Shown one piece after another: positions 40,082 to 52,488 of a stretch of DNA of 64,000 bases. The position numbers and the translations under genes are program-made. The number at the start of each line of letters is the position of its first letter. Position 1 is the first letter of the stretch. The stretch comes from Octopus sinensis (taxonomy: Eukaryota): the NCBI RefSeq assembly GCF_006345805.1, contig NC_043010.1, forward strand, positions 35,588,001 to 35,652,000, read 5' to 3'. The notes under the pieces are model-generated. The model was given only the letters and a program-made list of their open reading frames with translations. It had not been told where the DNA came from and did no database searches.

Positions 40082-40722
40082 TAGCGTTTATGTGTATGAT
40101 AGCGTGTGTGTGGCAGTAACAGCGCGTGTGTGTGCATGCGTGGTATCATGTGTGCGTGTGGTGGTGGTGGCGTGTGTGTGTGTGTGATAGCGAGTGTGTG
40201 TATGGAAATTTGGTCAATGCTCTTCTAGTTTTGACAATTCACTAAAATTGGATTCCGGATCTACTCGTGTATAAGTCACTCTATGTTATACTCAAATTGT
40301 AGCTAAAAAAATAAAAAATCGAGGGTGCGACTGATACATGGGGCGAAACTAAAGCCATTATTAAGAAAAAATATTTGGTACTTAGATTTGACACTAAATT
40401 AAGGTACGATTTAAACCCGAGTAAATATGGTATATATGTATATATATATATTTTACCCGATTCGCTCGGTAAACATTCACACGGATCTTCGGCCCAGCTA
40501 CGGAAGTTAATTCCATATCATTTTTCTGAAGGTCTTTGTACATAACTATGCCTTGTACAACATGGTATTTGAGAAAGGCTTCCAGTGCAACAGAATCGTT
40601 TTTCAACTCTTGAAGAAAGGTATGACCCATTTCGTCAAAGGCCTCGTCAGTGGGTGCAAAGATAGTCCATTGTCCTTTAAATAAATAGAGAGAATTATTA
40701 ATATATATATATATATACATAT

Positions 40723-40761
<39 letters not shown>

Positions 40762-40764
40762 ACG

Positions 40765-40796
<32 letters not shown>

Positions 40797-40915
40797 CATA
40801 TGCACACACATATAAATACATACATATATACATACATGCATGCATACATACACATACACACATATATACACACACATACATGCACACACAAATATATATA
40901 ATATACACGTACATA

Positions 40916-40956
<41 letters not shown>

Positions 40957-41041
40957 GTGTATATATATATATGCATATGTATGTGTGTATATTTAAATAT
41001 ACATGCAAATGTATGTGTGTATATATGTATATATATATGCT

Positions 41042-41072
<31 letters not shown>

Positions 41073-42209
41073 GATTAATTAAAAAACAAAAAAGACAAGA
41101 AAAAACAACGTGAGGACGTAGCACATACAAAGTATTAAAACGCTCAGAGAAGGAAAGAGTGGTTGTTTTACGTTTCGAGCATAGCCCTTCTTCGGAAACA
41201 GGAGACAGGAAAGTCTGAAAAAAAATGGAGGTATGAGAAAAAAATCCCCAACAGTTCACGTGTAGTTTCATTTTTGAAATGACCGGAAGTAGATGGACAA
41301 ATTGCTTTCTGGGACAAGAGAGTGTGAAGAACGGTTGGTATGTGTGTGTATGTGTGTGTGGTGCCATGTGTGTGTATGTGTGTGTGATAGCATTTGTGTG
41401 TATGATAGCGCGTGTGTGTGTGTTGCAGTAACTGAGTGTGTGTGTGTATGTGTGTGTGATAGCATTTGTGTGTATGATAGCGCGTGTGTGTGTGTGGCAG
41501 TAACTGAGTGTGTGTGTGTATGTGTGGTAGCATGTATGGTGGTGGTGGTGTGTGTGTACGTAGTAGCGAGTGTGTGTATGGTAGCGTGTGTGTAAGGCAG
41601 TAACTGAGTGTGTGTGTGTGTGCGTGGTAGCATGTGTGCGTGTGGTGGTAACTGTGTGTGTGTACACACATGCATACGCCACGCACACAAAAATAATGAC
41701 GCACACACACATATATATATATATGCATATACCATACCAACTATATATACATATACCATTGCACACTACTCAGTAGGCATCAACTTTATCTTTCCGAGAT
41801 AATTTCAGGTGACGCAGGGAATATATTCGAATATTTTCTGTTTCATTTCGTCTTTCCAAATAATTGATTAAGAAGGGCTTGTTTCCTAAAGTGTAGCAAT
41901 TACCTAAACACCGACCGTCATGGCTTTCGAAGAAGGAGTGACTGCTTAACACTGCTTCTACACCGCTTTTGATAATGTTTAAATGATTCGAGAGAGGGCT
42001 AAAACACAGATGCCAACCACAGCATTCGATTTCAAGACGTTTTCCGTAGAAAAATTACGCGTGGCTGTGTTTTAAGAGGCTTTCTCCCTAACCACATGGC
42101 TCCAAGTTCAATCCCACTGTCTAGCACCCTGGGCAAATGTCTTCTACTATAGTCTTGGGCCGACCAAAACCTTGTGAGTGATTTGGTAGACGAAACTGAA
42201 AGAAGCCTG

Positions 42210-42260
<51 letters not shown>

Positions 42261-42279
42261 TTATATATATGTATGTATG

Positions 42280-42319
<40 letters not shown>

Positions 42320-42347
42320 GTATTATACTATATATATATGTATATAT

Positions 42348-42380
<33 letters not shown>

Positions 42381-42446
42381 TATATATAATATATACATAC
42401 ATATACATATATATAAGCCTTCTGTAGTTTTTCGCTCTTTTTATTG

Positions 42447-42481
<35 letters not shown>

Positions 42482-43456
42482 CTTTATTTAAAGCAGCAGA
42501 AAATTCAACAAAACCTGTATGTATGTATGTATGTATAATATATATATATATAAATAAAACTTACTTGGAAGAGGACGCGTGGCGTTCAATCATATAATAA
42601 GAATTTAATAAATAAAACATTTGTATACATACAGACATATATGTACATACCTACATCTATATGTATATATACATGCATATATGGGTACAGGACACCACAA
42701 GAGAACGTAGAACACAACGAGAAACGAAAATATAAAAGCAAAACATGGAAACTGACTTTTTTTAACAACGAAAAAACAGAGGACGAGACATACAACACAA
42801 GGAACATTCCCCTTCTTCAGCTGCCCCTGTTTCGACTTATTACGTGTTTCGAAGGTAAGGGCAGGACACGACTTCGTTGAAACAGTCCTTCCCGCAAAGC
42901 AAATTAAATAAAATTTGGGATTTTTTTGCGGAGGGGTAAAAAAGGTGACAAGAACAGGACAGTAAAAGCAATACAAATAAAGATAAAAACAGTACAAATA
43001 AAGCGTTTTTATCTTTATCTGTACTAAGGAACTGAAGCCGTTTAAATTCATAGGAGAGGTCAGATGGGATTAATGGGATCCGTGGAATGAAGACATCGTC
43101 ACCATTATATTTCCCAAGAGTTTTGCTATGTCTATAAACAAATCGCAAGCACAATCTCCCAATGTTGTTGGACTTAACTTTGCTTCTTTCAGGGGCAGCT
43201 ATATGTAGGGTGTTTGCGAATTGGAAGCCCCAAAACTCTTTTCCTTTGTACACCAATTAAAGGACTCACTGAAAACATTGTATATTTAGAAGTTCTACAA
43301 AATTAAATTGTGATTGATTTCAGGATTTCCTTTAATAACTTTGTTTATACTCACGTCATCGGAAAATATCTTTTTTTATCAGAATAAATATATTTATCTC
43401 CTTTAACATTCTTAAACTTCCGAGCATTGCCAGGTACTTAGGGATAGTATATATAG

Positions 43457-43499
<43 letters not shown>

Positions 43500-44655
43500 A
43501 CGTAAGGGTGAGACCTCCTCGATTCGAACTGTTACGGAAATCCTCACACAGGCCCGTTCGATGCAGCGAATAAGCTACGGAAACTCGTCGGAGAGAGGAG
43601 AGAGAGGAGACATACACAACAACAACAACAGCAGCAGCCCAGAGAGATACAGAGGCACAGAGGCAAGGCAACAACTGGTAACAACTACTGGCTTACATTC
43701 AACAACAGTTTATATGACAATCAATTGTTACAACATCAAAGCATTTAAAGGAAACATGCAAGTAACAATATAACAGTCCGGTAACGACACAACAAGTCAT
43801 ATATATCAGCATTTCAAAGGTACACGTCCGAAGACACAGTTCTTTTTCAGATCACATCAACAGATAACGTTCACAGTTCTTTAAAGTCCTTTAAAGTCCT
43901 TTTCTGAACATAAATACCACAACTCAATAATCGACACATCGACAAGTCCTCTACTCAATTCACAATGTTCTTTATCGACTACATCAGAGTCCTTCTTTTC
44001 ACTGTCTCTTTACATCGTGACACGTATCAATACATAATCAAATACCTTAATTCCTAATTGAATCGCCAGTGTCCCATATTGCACCTCATCTCTCCGTACC
44101 GCCAATTCCTCTGTACATATTCCCTTCTGTGCCGCCAAGCTCTCGCATCCCAACTTGCTCCCAAAATTCCAACTCCTTGCCGACTTCCAAGATCCGTCTG
44201 TGCTCTCTGACGACCGACTACCAACTCCCTCAAACCTCACTTGCTCTCTGTCCTTCCACTACCCTAATCTCCCTCTGTCTCTATGGCTTATACCCTCTCC
44301 ATCTGCCCTGGTCCCAACTGCCTATCTCTATCGCCTCAATCTGTCCCTTAGCCTTATACTCTATCTCTCTCACTACTTTTCTTCTCTCTGCCCCTCATCC
44401 TCTCTTACTGCCAATACCCTCTCCATCTGCTCTTAGATTCCTTACTCTATCTTTTTCTCACTACTGCTAGATTCTTCCTCACATATTCAAGGGGTGTCTA
44501 GGACGACCTCCAATCGACCGCACAAGGTCAAGAGGTCCCTCCAAAACCCCATTAATCTCCCAGTAAACAAAGGGCTGTCTCTTTTCTTCCAGTCCTGCCG
44601 GCACCATCATTCACAAAGTGGGTCACCAAGAACTGCACTAGCCAAACTCATAACA

Positions 44656-44686
<31 letters not shown>

Positions 44687-44900
44687 CGTATATATATATG
44701 TTTTATCATTTGCTAATTTTAGTCATTAGACTGGGGTCATGCTGGGGTACACCCTTGACGTTTTTAGTCGAATGAATCGACCCCAGTACTTACCTTTTTA
44801 AAGCCTGGTATTTATTCTACCGATCTCTTTTGCCGAACCGCCAAGTTACGGGGACGCAAACCAAAACCGGTTGTCAAGTTGTGGTGGGCAGAGAAACACA

Positions 44901-44970
<70 letters not shown>

Positions 44971-46160
44971 CAGCTTCTTTCAGTTTTCCGCCTACAAATC
45001 CACTCACAAAGCTTTGCTCGGCGCGAAACTATAGTAGAAAACACTTAGCCAAGGTGCCACGCAGTGGGACTGAACCCGGAACTATGTGGTTGGGAAGCAA
45101 ACTTCTTACCACACAGTCACGCCTATAAACACACAGGCATAAATCTTACAGTGACCTATAAGGGTTATTGTCAAAAGTGTCCACTGTACTTCGTGCTGAA
45201 TTTAGACTTTGGCGTAATTAAAAAACAAAAAATAACAACCACTACTACTTCGTTGTTTTGTTTTCTTATTTTATAGATATGTCAACAGCCCCAGATTCGA
45301 CTTTTGTCTCTGAGTATGTATCATTAGATCTGAAAACAGATTATAACCAGATTACATCATGACACTGCTAACTATGAGACATGCAATGATATATCAGAAC
45401 ATCTTTCACAATTTTTCGTTACCAGAAACGAGAATAATTACCCAATATCATCCACAGCTATATTATTGAGTGAACTTAATAATTATGATGAACTTCTGAA
45501 TTTTTGGTCGGTGCACAGCGCTCTTGCAGCACATACAAAGAATATACGTACCTAATATGTGTGTGTGTGATTCAAAACCTTACTGCATTTCAGTTTTAAC
45601 TGACCTACTGATAAAAACCTAACATCAACAACCATTCCAGCAATAAATAAATGGGAAACATACGTAACATTAGTCGCTAAAATCTCGACCACAATGAATC
45701 TCCAATAATTGTCACTAAAACAACATCACTCAGAATTTCAGCCAGAAGAAATTCTTGCAACCGATGAAGAGTTTTCAAATCGAATATCCATCCCAACGTA
45801 CACAAAAAACCAAACCAAAAAAAATAATTTTTTTTTCATTAGCTTTATACCGTTTATTACAGGTTCATCAGGATATGTGCAAAGTCGAAATTGAATTCTC
45901 AGAAAGACAATGAAGCCTTATAATACATATCGCTACAGATGATCACGTTAACTGGGATAACAAAAGTCTTCAAGTCGTTCTTAAAATTTAGAAGTTGAAT
46001 GGTTACGCAAAGTGAGGCAAAAATAGTGAGTCAAACTCTTTCCCGCTTTTCAAATTATCATTTCTTTGCAGTCTTGTCACCGAGCTAATGACCAGTCAAA
46101 ATAAGCGCTAAAATTCCAACCGTACAGAGAAGATACATACATACATGTATGCATGCATAG

Positions 46161-46203
<43 letters not shown>

Positions 46204-46250
46204 CATATATATATATACACACACACACATGCATAATACATACATACATT

Positions 46251-46302
<52 letters not shown>

Positions 46303-47164
46303 CATATAGACAGACACATAAACATTAACATATCTATATACCTATCATCTATCTATATAATAATGGAGAGAGCCGATTACTAATTGGTATATAGCAGTTA
46401 CTAAAAGGAAGAAATTATTAAAGGCTTGGCCATCTGGAATTTTTTTATAAATTCATGTTCAAAGAAATTTCCTGTAATTTCGATTCTGAAGTTCATTGAA
46501 TATTTGAACTCAAGTTTTTCACAAATTTAAATATTCATTATATTCACTGCGGAGTAGATTTAATAAACAATATTAATTCTTTGCAGGCGAAATTTTCCGC
46601 TTTCATTTGCAACAGTGTCTCAGTCTCTTTCGCCTCTATTTTCATTAATGATAATTAAATACATATTCATTTCAATGTTTTCAAAACCCACAGTTTATTC
46701 TATATACGTAATGTAAAGAATATTATTTATTGAATGCACGAATGAATGCTGTTAGATAAAACAGCTGTATAACTTTGAGGCTTCCATGATTTATTATACT
46801 GGTATAATTAAAAAAAAATTAAGTGATTTTTGTTGGTATGGCTGCTTGGAACGCTATAAGCCTTACAATAATAACTACGTGATCGCTGCTATGTTTAGCT
46901 TGCTAAACGTCTGTTTAAATTAGAGATATAGTACAACTACAATAAATTACCAATAGAAATATTTACTAAGCAAGTGAGATATTTTATGAATTGAAGTTTT
47001 CAGGAAAAGTTACTCTCTGAATTTCCTTTTATTATTGAATATTTCAAGTTCACAAATTTAAATATTCGGTACTAGATAGTTGTTTTTAATGAGTTTTTAT
47101 TTTCTCATTTCAATGATTTATTTCATTCATTGTTTGCAATGTTCTCCCCCCAACACTCACTCAC

Positions 47165-47242
<78 letters not shown>

Positions 47243-47830
47243 GTTTGACTAACAAAACCGCCCGGGGACGTTCTTTCTGATAGTTGGAAGCACTCCGTCG
47301 GTTACGACGACGAGGCTTCCGGTTGATCCGATCAACGGAACAGCCTGCTCGTGAAATTAACGTGTAAGTGGCTGAGCACTCCACAGACACGTGTACCCAC
47401 GGGGATATTCAACGTGACACAGAGAGTGACAAGGCCGGCCCTTTGAAATACAGGTACAACAGAAACAGGAAGGAAGTAAGAGTGAGAGAAAGTTGTGTTG
47501 AAAGAGAGCCTCGTGGAGCTTTAGGTGTTTTCGCTCAATAAACACTCACAACGCCCGGTCTGGGAATCGAAACCGCGAGTCCTACGACCGCGAGTCCGCT
47601 GCCCTAACCACTGGGCCATTGCGCCTCCACTTTCTGATAGTACATATAATAGCTTGTGTAAAATGCATACCTGATTCGTTAAGTTTCTGAGCTAAGCCAG
47701 CTGTTTCTCCGAGATCCACCAAGATGTCGTGCAGGCCATATTTCTTTGCGATTTCTAGCAAAGTTAAATTGAAGTGACTGTATGCGGAAGCACCAACCAC
47801 ACAGAGAACAATTAAGAAAAGGGCTTTCAT
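32944..47830 (-). CDS. FAS-M: complete 6-exon gene for a secreted protein with two FAS1 domains, 297 aa
   Basis: GT-AG introns with phases 1,0,1,1,1. The protein has a signal peptide MKALFLIVLCVVGASA, H1 motifs WTIFAPTDEAF and YTVFVPNNDAF, YH motifs KYHVV and RYHIV, and H2 motifs NGVLHIIDEVM and NGVIHEISRML. Confidence 0.94.
34311..34800. mobile_element. Two tRNA-derived SINEs joined head-to-head, with (AAT)n middles and a Penelope-like tail
   Basis: 34311-34537 (minus) and 34538-34800 (plus) are inverted copies. The head is gggcatatgacgtagtagttaagagcgc...gagttcaattc and the tail is ctgatgaaggctggtgggtatatcagccgaaacg. Confidence 0.85.
35069..35095 (+). repeat. Short telomere-like (TTAGGG)n tract
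   Basis: aggtttagggtttagggttagggctag. Confidence 0.8.
35416..35529 (-). CDS. FAS-M exon 5: (V)LMRYHIVHGVLWRAGMHTTYLQTLATGDKLLIREGFF
   Basis: Acceptor ccatccag|TT, donor G|gtaaga, 114 nt. Confidence 0.93.
36994..37092 (-). CDS. FAS-M exon 4: (N)GPYTVFVPNNDAFNRYSNTTLQRIEGDVALSE
   Basis: Acceptor cctttcag|AT, donor G|gtaaga, 99 nt, H1 motif. Confidence 0.93.
37296..37478 (-). mobile_element. SINE family 1 copy
   Basis: B box and core match the other copies. Confidence 0.8.
37722..37890 (+). mobile_element. pogo/Tigger-like terminal fragment with a duplicated 5' end
   Basis: taccataaatcctcgagtatagtcc occurs twice, 41 bp apart. Confidence 0.5.
38000..38250 (+). mobile_element. SINE family 3 (3' part)
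   Basis: Reverse-complement match to 47265-47520. Confidence 0.8.
38703..38889 (-). CDS. FAS-M exon 3: AVTVEGCELVSVDNVATNGVLHIIDEVMLAPTDNLYDTILNTPRFSIMAHLLKNTNLHKELE
   Basis: Acceptor ttttctgtag|GCT, donor A|gtaagt, 187 nt, H2 motif. Confidence 0.94.
39322..39543 (-). mobile_element. SINE family 1 full monomer inside an (AAT)n array
   Basis: Head ggtgagctggcagaaatgttagaacgccgggcgaaatgcttagcgg, B box, and tail gcctatagtagaaagga, flanked by (aat)n. Confidence 0.88.
40457..40674 (-). CDS. FAS-M exon 2: (G)QWTIFAPTDEAF...KYHVVQG...KIRVNVYRANR
   Basis: Acceptor tatttaaag|GA, donor CGG|gtaaaa, canonical H1 and YH motifs. Confidence 0.94.
41340..41690. repeat. Cryptic (GT)-based minisatellite (~60-bp units), with a homologue at 40005-40200
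   Basis: Recurring gatagc and gcagtaactgag landmarks within GT runs. Confidence 0.8.
43020..43270 (-). mobile_element. Helitron PIF1-helicase C-terminal fragment
   Basis: GKYNGDDVFIPRIPLIPSDLSYEFKRLQF is a hallmark Helitron helicase motif. Confidence 0.85.
43496..44655 (+). mobile_element. Solo-LTR-like element (1160 bp)
   Basis: TGTTACG...CATAACA termini with ATAT on both flanks, inside (TA)n. There is no internal coding region. Confidence 0.65.
44700..45125 (-). mobile_element. SINE family 2, near full length
   Basis: Matches 4672-5055. Confidence 0.85.
47265..47628 (-). mobile_element. SINE family 3, near full length, ~40 bp downstream of the FAS-M exon 1 donor
   Basis: Intact tRNA-like head with A and B boxes. 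Confidence 0.88.
47671..47830 (-). CDS. FAS-M exon 1: signal peptide plus first FAS1 helices (MKALFLIVLCV...AQKLNES)
   Basis: ATG at 47830 and a phase-1 donor G|gtatgc in frame with exon 2. Confidence 0.9.
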
Positions 47831-47888
47831 TTCTGGTGTGTTCTTGCCGTTCTGTCTTCTACCTTTCTAAAATATGACTTTCAATCGA

Positions 47889-47909
47889 ATTTATATGCGA
47901 TTTATATGC
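47889..47909 (-). promoter_or_regulatory. Tandem TATA-like boxes (GCATATAAAT x2) upstream of FAS-M
   Basis: Two identical 10-mers 60-80 nt upstream of the ATG. Confidence 0.5.
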
Positions 47910-48251
47910 AGGTGTGACATTGTGTGGGAGTTCGCGTTTGTGTATGTGTGTGTATTTGTGTGTGTGTGTATGTGTGTGCATGTGTGTATCTAGAGGTAGA
48001 TATATGTGTGAGTGGGTGTGCATGGTGTTAGCATGACGAATGTATCACTAGCGATAAGATATGTGATTAGAAACATAAGAGCCGAAACATCGGTATACAC
48101 TATTGTGTTCCCACCGCTTCCTCTCCTTCTCCCTATCACCACGACTCCTACTCCGCCTCTCTTGCTTTTCTTCCATGTGACTTCCTACACATACCATCAT
48201 CACCTACTAATCAAACCTCCCCTTCAACGTCCGACCTCTAACCAAATCCCA

Positions 48252-48617
48252 TTGCCGCCGCCCCATCCGCTCCGCCACCCGCCTCCACCCCGCCACCATC
48301 ACCGCCATCACCTCCACCACCGCCTACGCCACCACCACCGCGTACGCCACCACCACCGCCTACGCCACCACCACCGCCTACGCCACCACCACCGCCTACG
48401 CCACCACCACCGCCTACGCCACCACCACCGCTACCACCACTGCCACCGCCGCTACCACCACCACCACCACCACCACCACCACCACCACCACCGCCACCAC
48501 CACCACCACCGCCACCACCACCACCACCGCCACCACCACCACCACCGCCGCCACCGCCACCGCCACCGCCACCGCCACCACCGCCACCGCCACCGCCACC
48601 ACCACCACCACCACCAC
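48252..48617. repeat. (CCA/CCG)n trinucleotide-type GC-rich array upstream of FAS-M
   Basis: Read directly; it includes 18-nt subunits accaccaccgcctacgcc. Confidence 0.95.
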
Positions 48618-49376
48618 ATGAACTCACCACATTTCATCACATTTTTAGTTGAGTACAATGAGATTTGAGGGTGATTTGACTGTCATGTCTAACAAACAGT
48701 TCGATCACGTAGTGGTCCACATGATTCCAGGTTCAGTCCCACTGTGTGGTACTTTGAGCAAGTGTCTTCTACTATAGCCTCTGGCAGACCAAAGCCTTGT
48801 GAGTGGATTTGGTGGACGGAAACTGAAAGAAACCCGTCGTCGGTATTGTTCATTGTATGTGGATCTGATCAATAATTGCTTTCAACTTTCCGGTCAACAA
48901 ACACTCCATCGGGTACATAAGCAAATAAGAAACCTTATACCCAGCTGTTGATATGGTGTTTCTGCGCTTTTCTGGTAGTATTGCACGCGTATGTGTGTGC
49001 GAGAGAGAGAGAGAGAGAGAGAGTGTGTGTGTGTGTGTTTATGTGTGTATTTTGATGTATATATGTATATTATAGATGGTCTATTATGGGTATAACTGTT
49101 GTAAAATATTTATGTAATGCAGCGTGAAAATTATAATTTATAAGCAATGAAACAAATCCATTTTTAAAGGTGTATCCTTTAACTAGTTTTGATTATATCG
49201 TTATTTCTATTCCATTTTAACAAAGCTGTCCGACGAACGGGAACGTGAAACTCTGAGTAACAGCTTTTGTTATATTTCTGCTGCTTTTAAATAAAACATA
49301 CTACACTACCGCTGGTATTTGAGTACTCTTTTTTCCACCTTGTTTCACATTTATGTGCTTACTTCCGTGTATATAT

Positions 49377-50358
49377 TGATATGAAGGTCAAAATGGAAAG
49401 TGCTATGACTCAGTTTCGTGGTTTGGTGCCGGACAGACTGGGGAAACAAGTTATTTGGCTTTGTCCTGTCATCTGTAGGGAAAATTAATGAGTTAGGAAG
49501 TGACATTTTGGTCCCTACGGTCAGGGAAAGTTTAACAAAGAAATAAAAATGCTACCCTTTATAAATGCGGCTGGCATTGGGGTTAGCGGTCAGTTTGGGC
49601 AGAGACAGTGAATGTGAGAGATGTCAGGCGAGAGGCAACGACAAGGATGACAAGCGTGGCGAGAAAGACAGACACAGGGGATTGAGGACTTGTCAATAGA
49701 GAGGAAGTGAGGGAGATTACAGCGAGAAGGCTATTTGTAGTGGGAGCTGAGGTTGTTGCAAACTCGGAACGTGCGGTAATGTTTATATTTTTGTTGTTGA
49801 ATTTTGGATATTGATGTGAAATGTAAAAGAAAAGAGAAAAGAACTTGTGAACTGTGTTAAAAAAGGGAAAAGAACATTGTGTCAAAAGAACTGTAAAAAG
49901 AGAAGGAAAAAGAAGGAAAAAGAACATTGTGACATAAACTGTAATCCATTGAAGTGTAAAAAGAATTGAAGTGAAGAGAAAGACTTTAATTTGAACAGTT
50001 TCGAACTCTGTATTGCGTTGAACATTAATGTGGATTGTTTTCGGACGTTCTGTATTGTGCATGCATTGATTGTTGTTTTTCTTTTTAACTCTGTATTTTC
50101 TTTAATGTATCTGCAATGTATTACGTTTTGATTGATGTTGTAACAATTGTATAAACTGTTGTTAAATGCAAGCAACTGCCTTCCGTTGTGTCTCTCTCTT
50201 CCTGTTGTTGTTGTTGTTGTTGTCTCCGGTCACCCGTCTGCGTTCGCTGCCACCTTCCACCGCATTCTGTGGCGGATTTCCGTTTGACTGAGCGTGGTCG
50301 TCGTCGTCGCTCGACTTAGGGTCCCAAGTTAGAGTTGAGCGACGGCAGGTTCGTAACA
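49377..50358 (-). mobile_element. Second solo-LTR-like element (982 bp), a diverged relative of 43496-44655 in the opposite orientation
   Basis: TGATATG...CGTAACA termini with ATAT flanks. Shared blocks include caacagtttata..caattgttacaacatcaa and ggtgccgg.c.gactgg. Confidence 0.6.
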
Positions 50359-50869
50359 ATATATATTTTCCCTTATTTACTTTTCTTTCTCTCATCCCAC
50401 TTTTTCCAAAACAACAAAAATATTTTTCTCTTCTAAACAAAGCGGAAAACATCCGATTCACATAAAAGAGCAAGAAAACGTTGTTTTTATCGTTTTGATT
50501 TTAATTTTGTCTTGGCGAGTTCAATAAACGAACGAAAGAGCTAATATCCAAAATTCTGACTGCCTCCTTTTTCTCAATATATATATAAATCCGCCACAGA
50601 ATGCGGTGGGGGGGGGGTGGCAGCGAACGCAATGTTTTCTCTTCATCCATCATCATTACTAAATAAAATGGTAAGAAGGCCATGAAGAAGCTTTCTCGAC
50701 ACGCACCAAAACCATGAAACATGCATTGATGTCACCTTACATGGTATGTGAATATTGTTAGACAGCAAAATAGCATTCATTGGAGCATTCATTTGCATTA
50801 CTTCATCCCGGTCGTATTAGCTGGACTCAGCGTCTGTGTAAACTAACCATATAGTGTTCACAGTTTGTT

Positions 50870-52140
50870 TCATTTGAAGGGGTGTTCATGCATGTTGTCT
50901 CTGTTTCTATTTCCAATCTTTTTGACAAAATGTAGTTCTGCTTCTCTTTCAAACATCAAAGTTTTTGATGAAGTGTAGCGCCGTTGCTTTTCAGAACATT
51001 TGTAAAAAGGGGAGATTTTGAACTTTCCTTCACTGCATGTTTCTAGATGTTTGTTCAGTGGAATCTTGCGCAATTCCTCTTGTCAGATGTGTTGTCTGTG
51101 GATTCTTGCACGTTGGCAGAGGGAATTGTTTGTTTCGCTAATGTAATTTTCTTTTCAGTTGGGGCAAGTAATAGAGTATATAAGATTCTGTGTCTTGCAG
51201 TTCACAACTGCATTTACTTTGAACGAGAATCTGCTCTTGAATTTTATGTGGGGACCACTTTCTAAATATTTGAAGTTGTTGTAGCATATTCCACATCTGC
51301 TGTCTCCACATTCTTCTGGTGGAGAATTCTGATTCAGTTTCCTGTGAGGTGATTTTTGAGAAAATTTGGCTCGCGCCTACTTTTTTCTTAGAGGTTTTTA
51401 TCAATCAGATTTTTCATTTTGGGGCTTTATAGAAGTACAGGTAAGTTTACTTTTATAGTGTGAAAGATGTTTGCTACCCCAGGATTATGCGTATTGATAA
51501 ATGCCATCGTGTGTTCATTAATTTTCTCCTTTGGTATCCTTAGCTGTGTGATATTCATCTTCATCGCCTTTTTAATTCCATCGTTTATTAATGCTAAGGG
51601 GTATTTCTGTTTTGTTAGTAAGCTTTTGTACTCATTGAGCCGGATTTGACGTATTTTGGGGCCAATAAATCTAGTACAGATACGTCTTGCCATGCTGTAT
51701 GAGATGTCTCTTTTGATGTGCGAGGGATAGCAAGAATAGAAATTCAAATTTTGGTGTGTGTCCGTTTTTTTAATATGCCAGTTGTGATTGTGGAGTTGTG
51801 TATTTTTATGTGAATAAAACTGGTTTCTCTCGGATGAGTGAAGTATGTTGGATGAATGAAGTATGTTGAGTATATTATTAAATATATGTAGCCCCTCATT
51901 TGATTTGTCCCAAAAGATGAAGCAGTCATCGAGGAAACGTTTCCACTTTTTAATTAAGTATTTCTTGCAATCATGATTAAAAGCTCTCTCTACCTTCTCG
52001 TAAATCTTTTCTTCCAAGTATTTTATGTCTAGGTTAGCATATGAGGGTGCAAACCCCGTACCCATAGCCGTACTCGTTTTTTGTCGATATGTTTTATTAT
52101 CGAATCTAAAGGTGTTTTCTTCTAGTACCAGACGTGCGGT
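50870..52140 (-). mobile_element. Penelope-like element, 5'-truncated (RT C-terminus plus GIY-YIG)
   Basis: NTFRFDNKTYRQKTSTAMGTGFAPSYANL and WKRFLDDCF (RT); LYSITCPN..NYISETNNSLCQRARIH (GIY-YIG). Confidence 0.92.
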
Positions 52141-52488
52141 CTTGGTAATGATATATAAATATATATGTGCTTGTACATACGTGTTTATCTTCTGAATATA
52201 TTTAGTTATATATATCTCTATATATCTCTCTCTACGTATATATGTGTATATCTACCTGTGTATATGTATATGTGTATATTTATATCTATTATCTATATAT
52301 TATCTGCATCACTTTCACCATATCAGCTCACCTGGCTTTCTCTTATATTCAACCATTACCTCGTGGACCTAGTTCTCGATAAAGATTTCGGAGTTTAAGT
52401 TCAACTCATTTTAGTACCACTATGTGTTCCTATATCTAGCATCTCTAGCTCTCACTTTTTGGCTGTATATACCTGAAGTAATGACATA

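Noticed and set aside
43495-44775. ORFs within the LTR-like element as gag or env
   Set aside because: They are low-complexity Ser/Leu/Pro-rich translations with no retroviral motifs.
48238-48630. Poly-Gly (or poly-His/Val/Trp) ORFs as a glycine- or histidine-rich structural protein
   Set aside because: Several frames are open only because of the CCA/CCG repeat. There is no signal peptide or exon context, so it is treated as a repeat.
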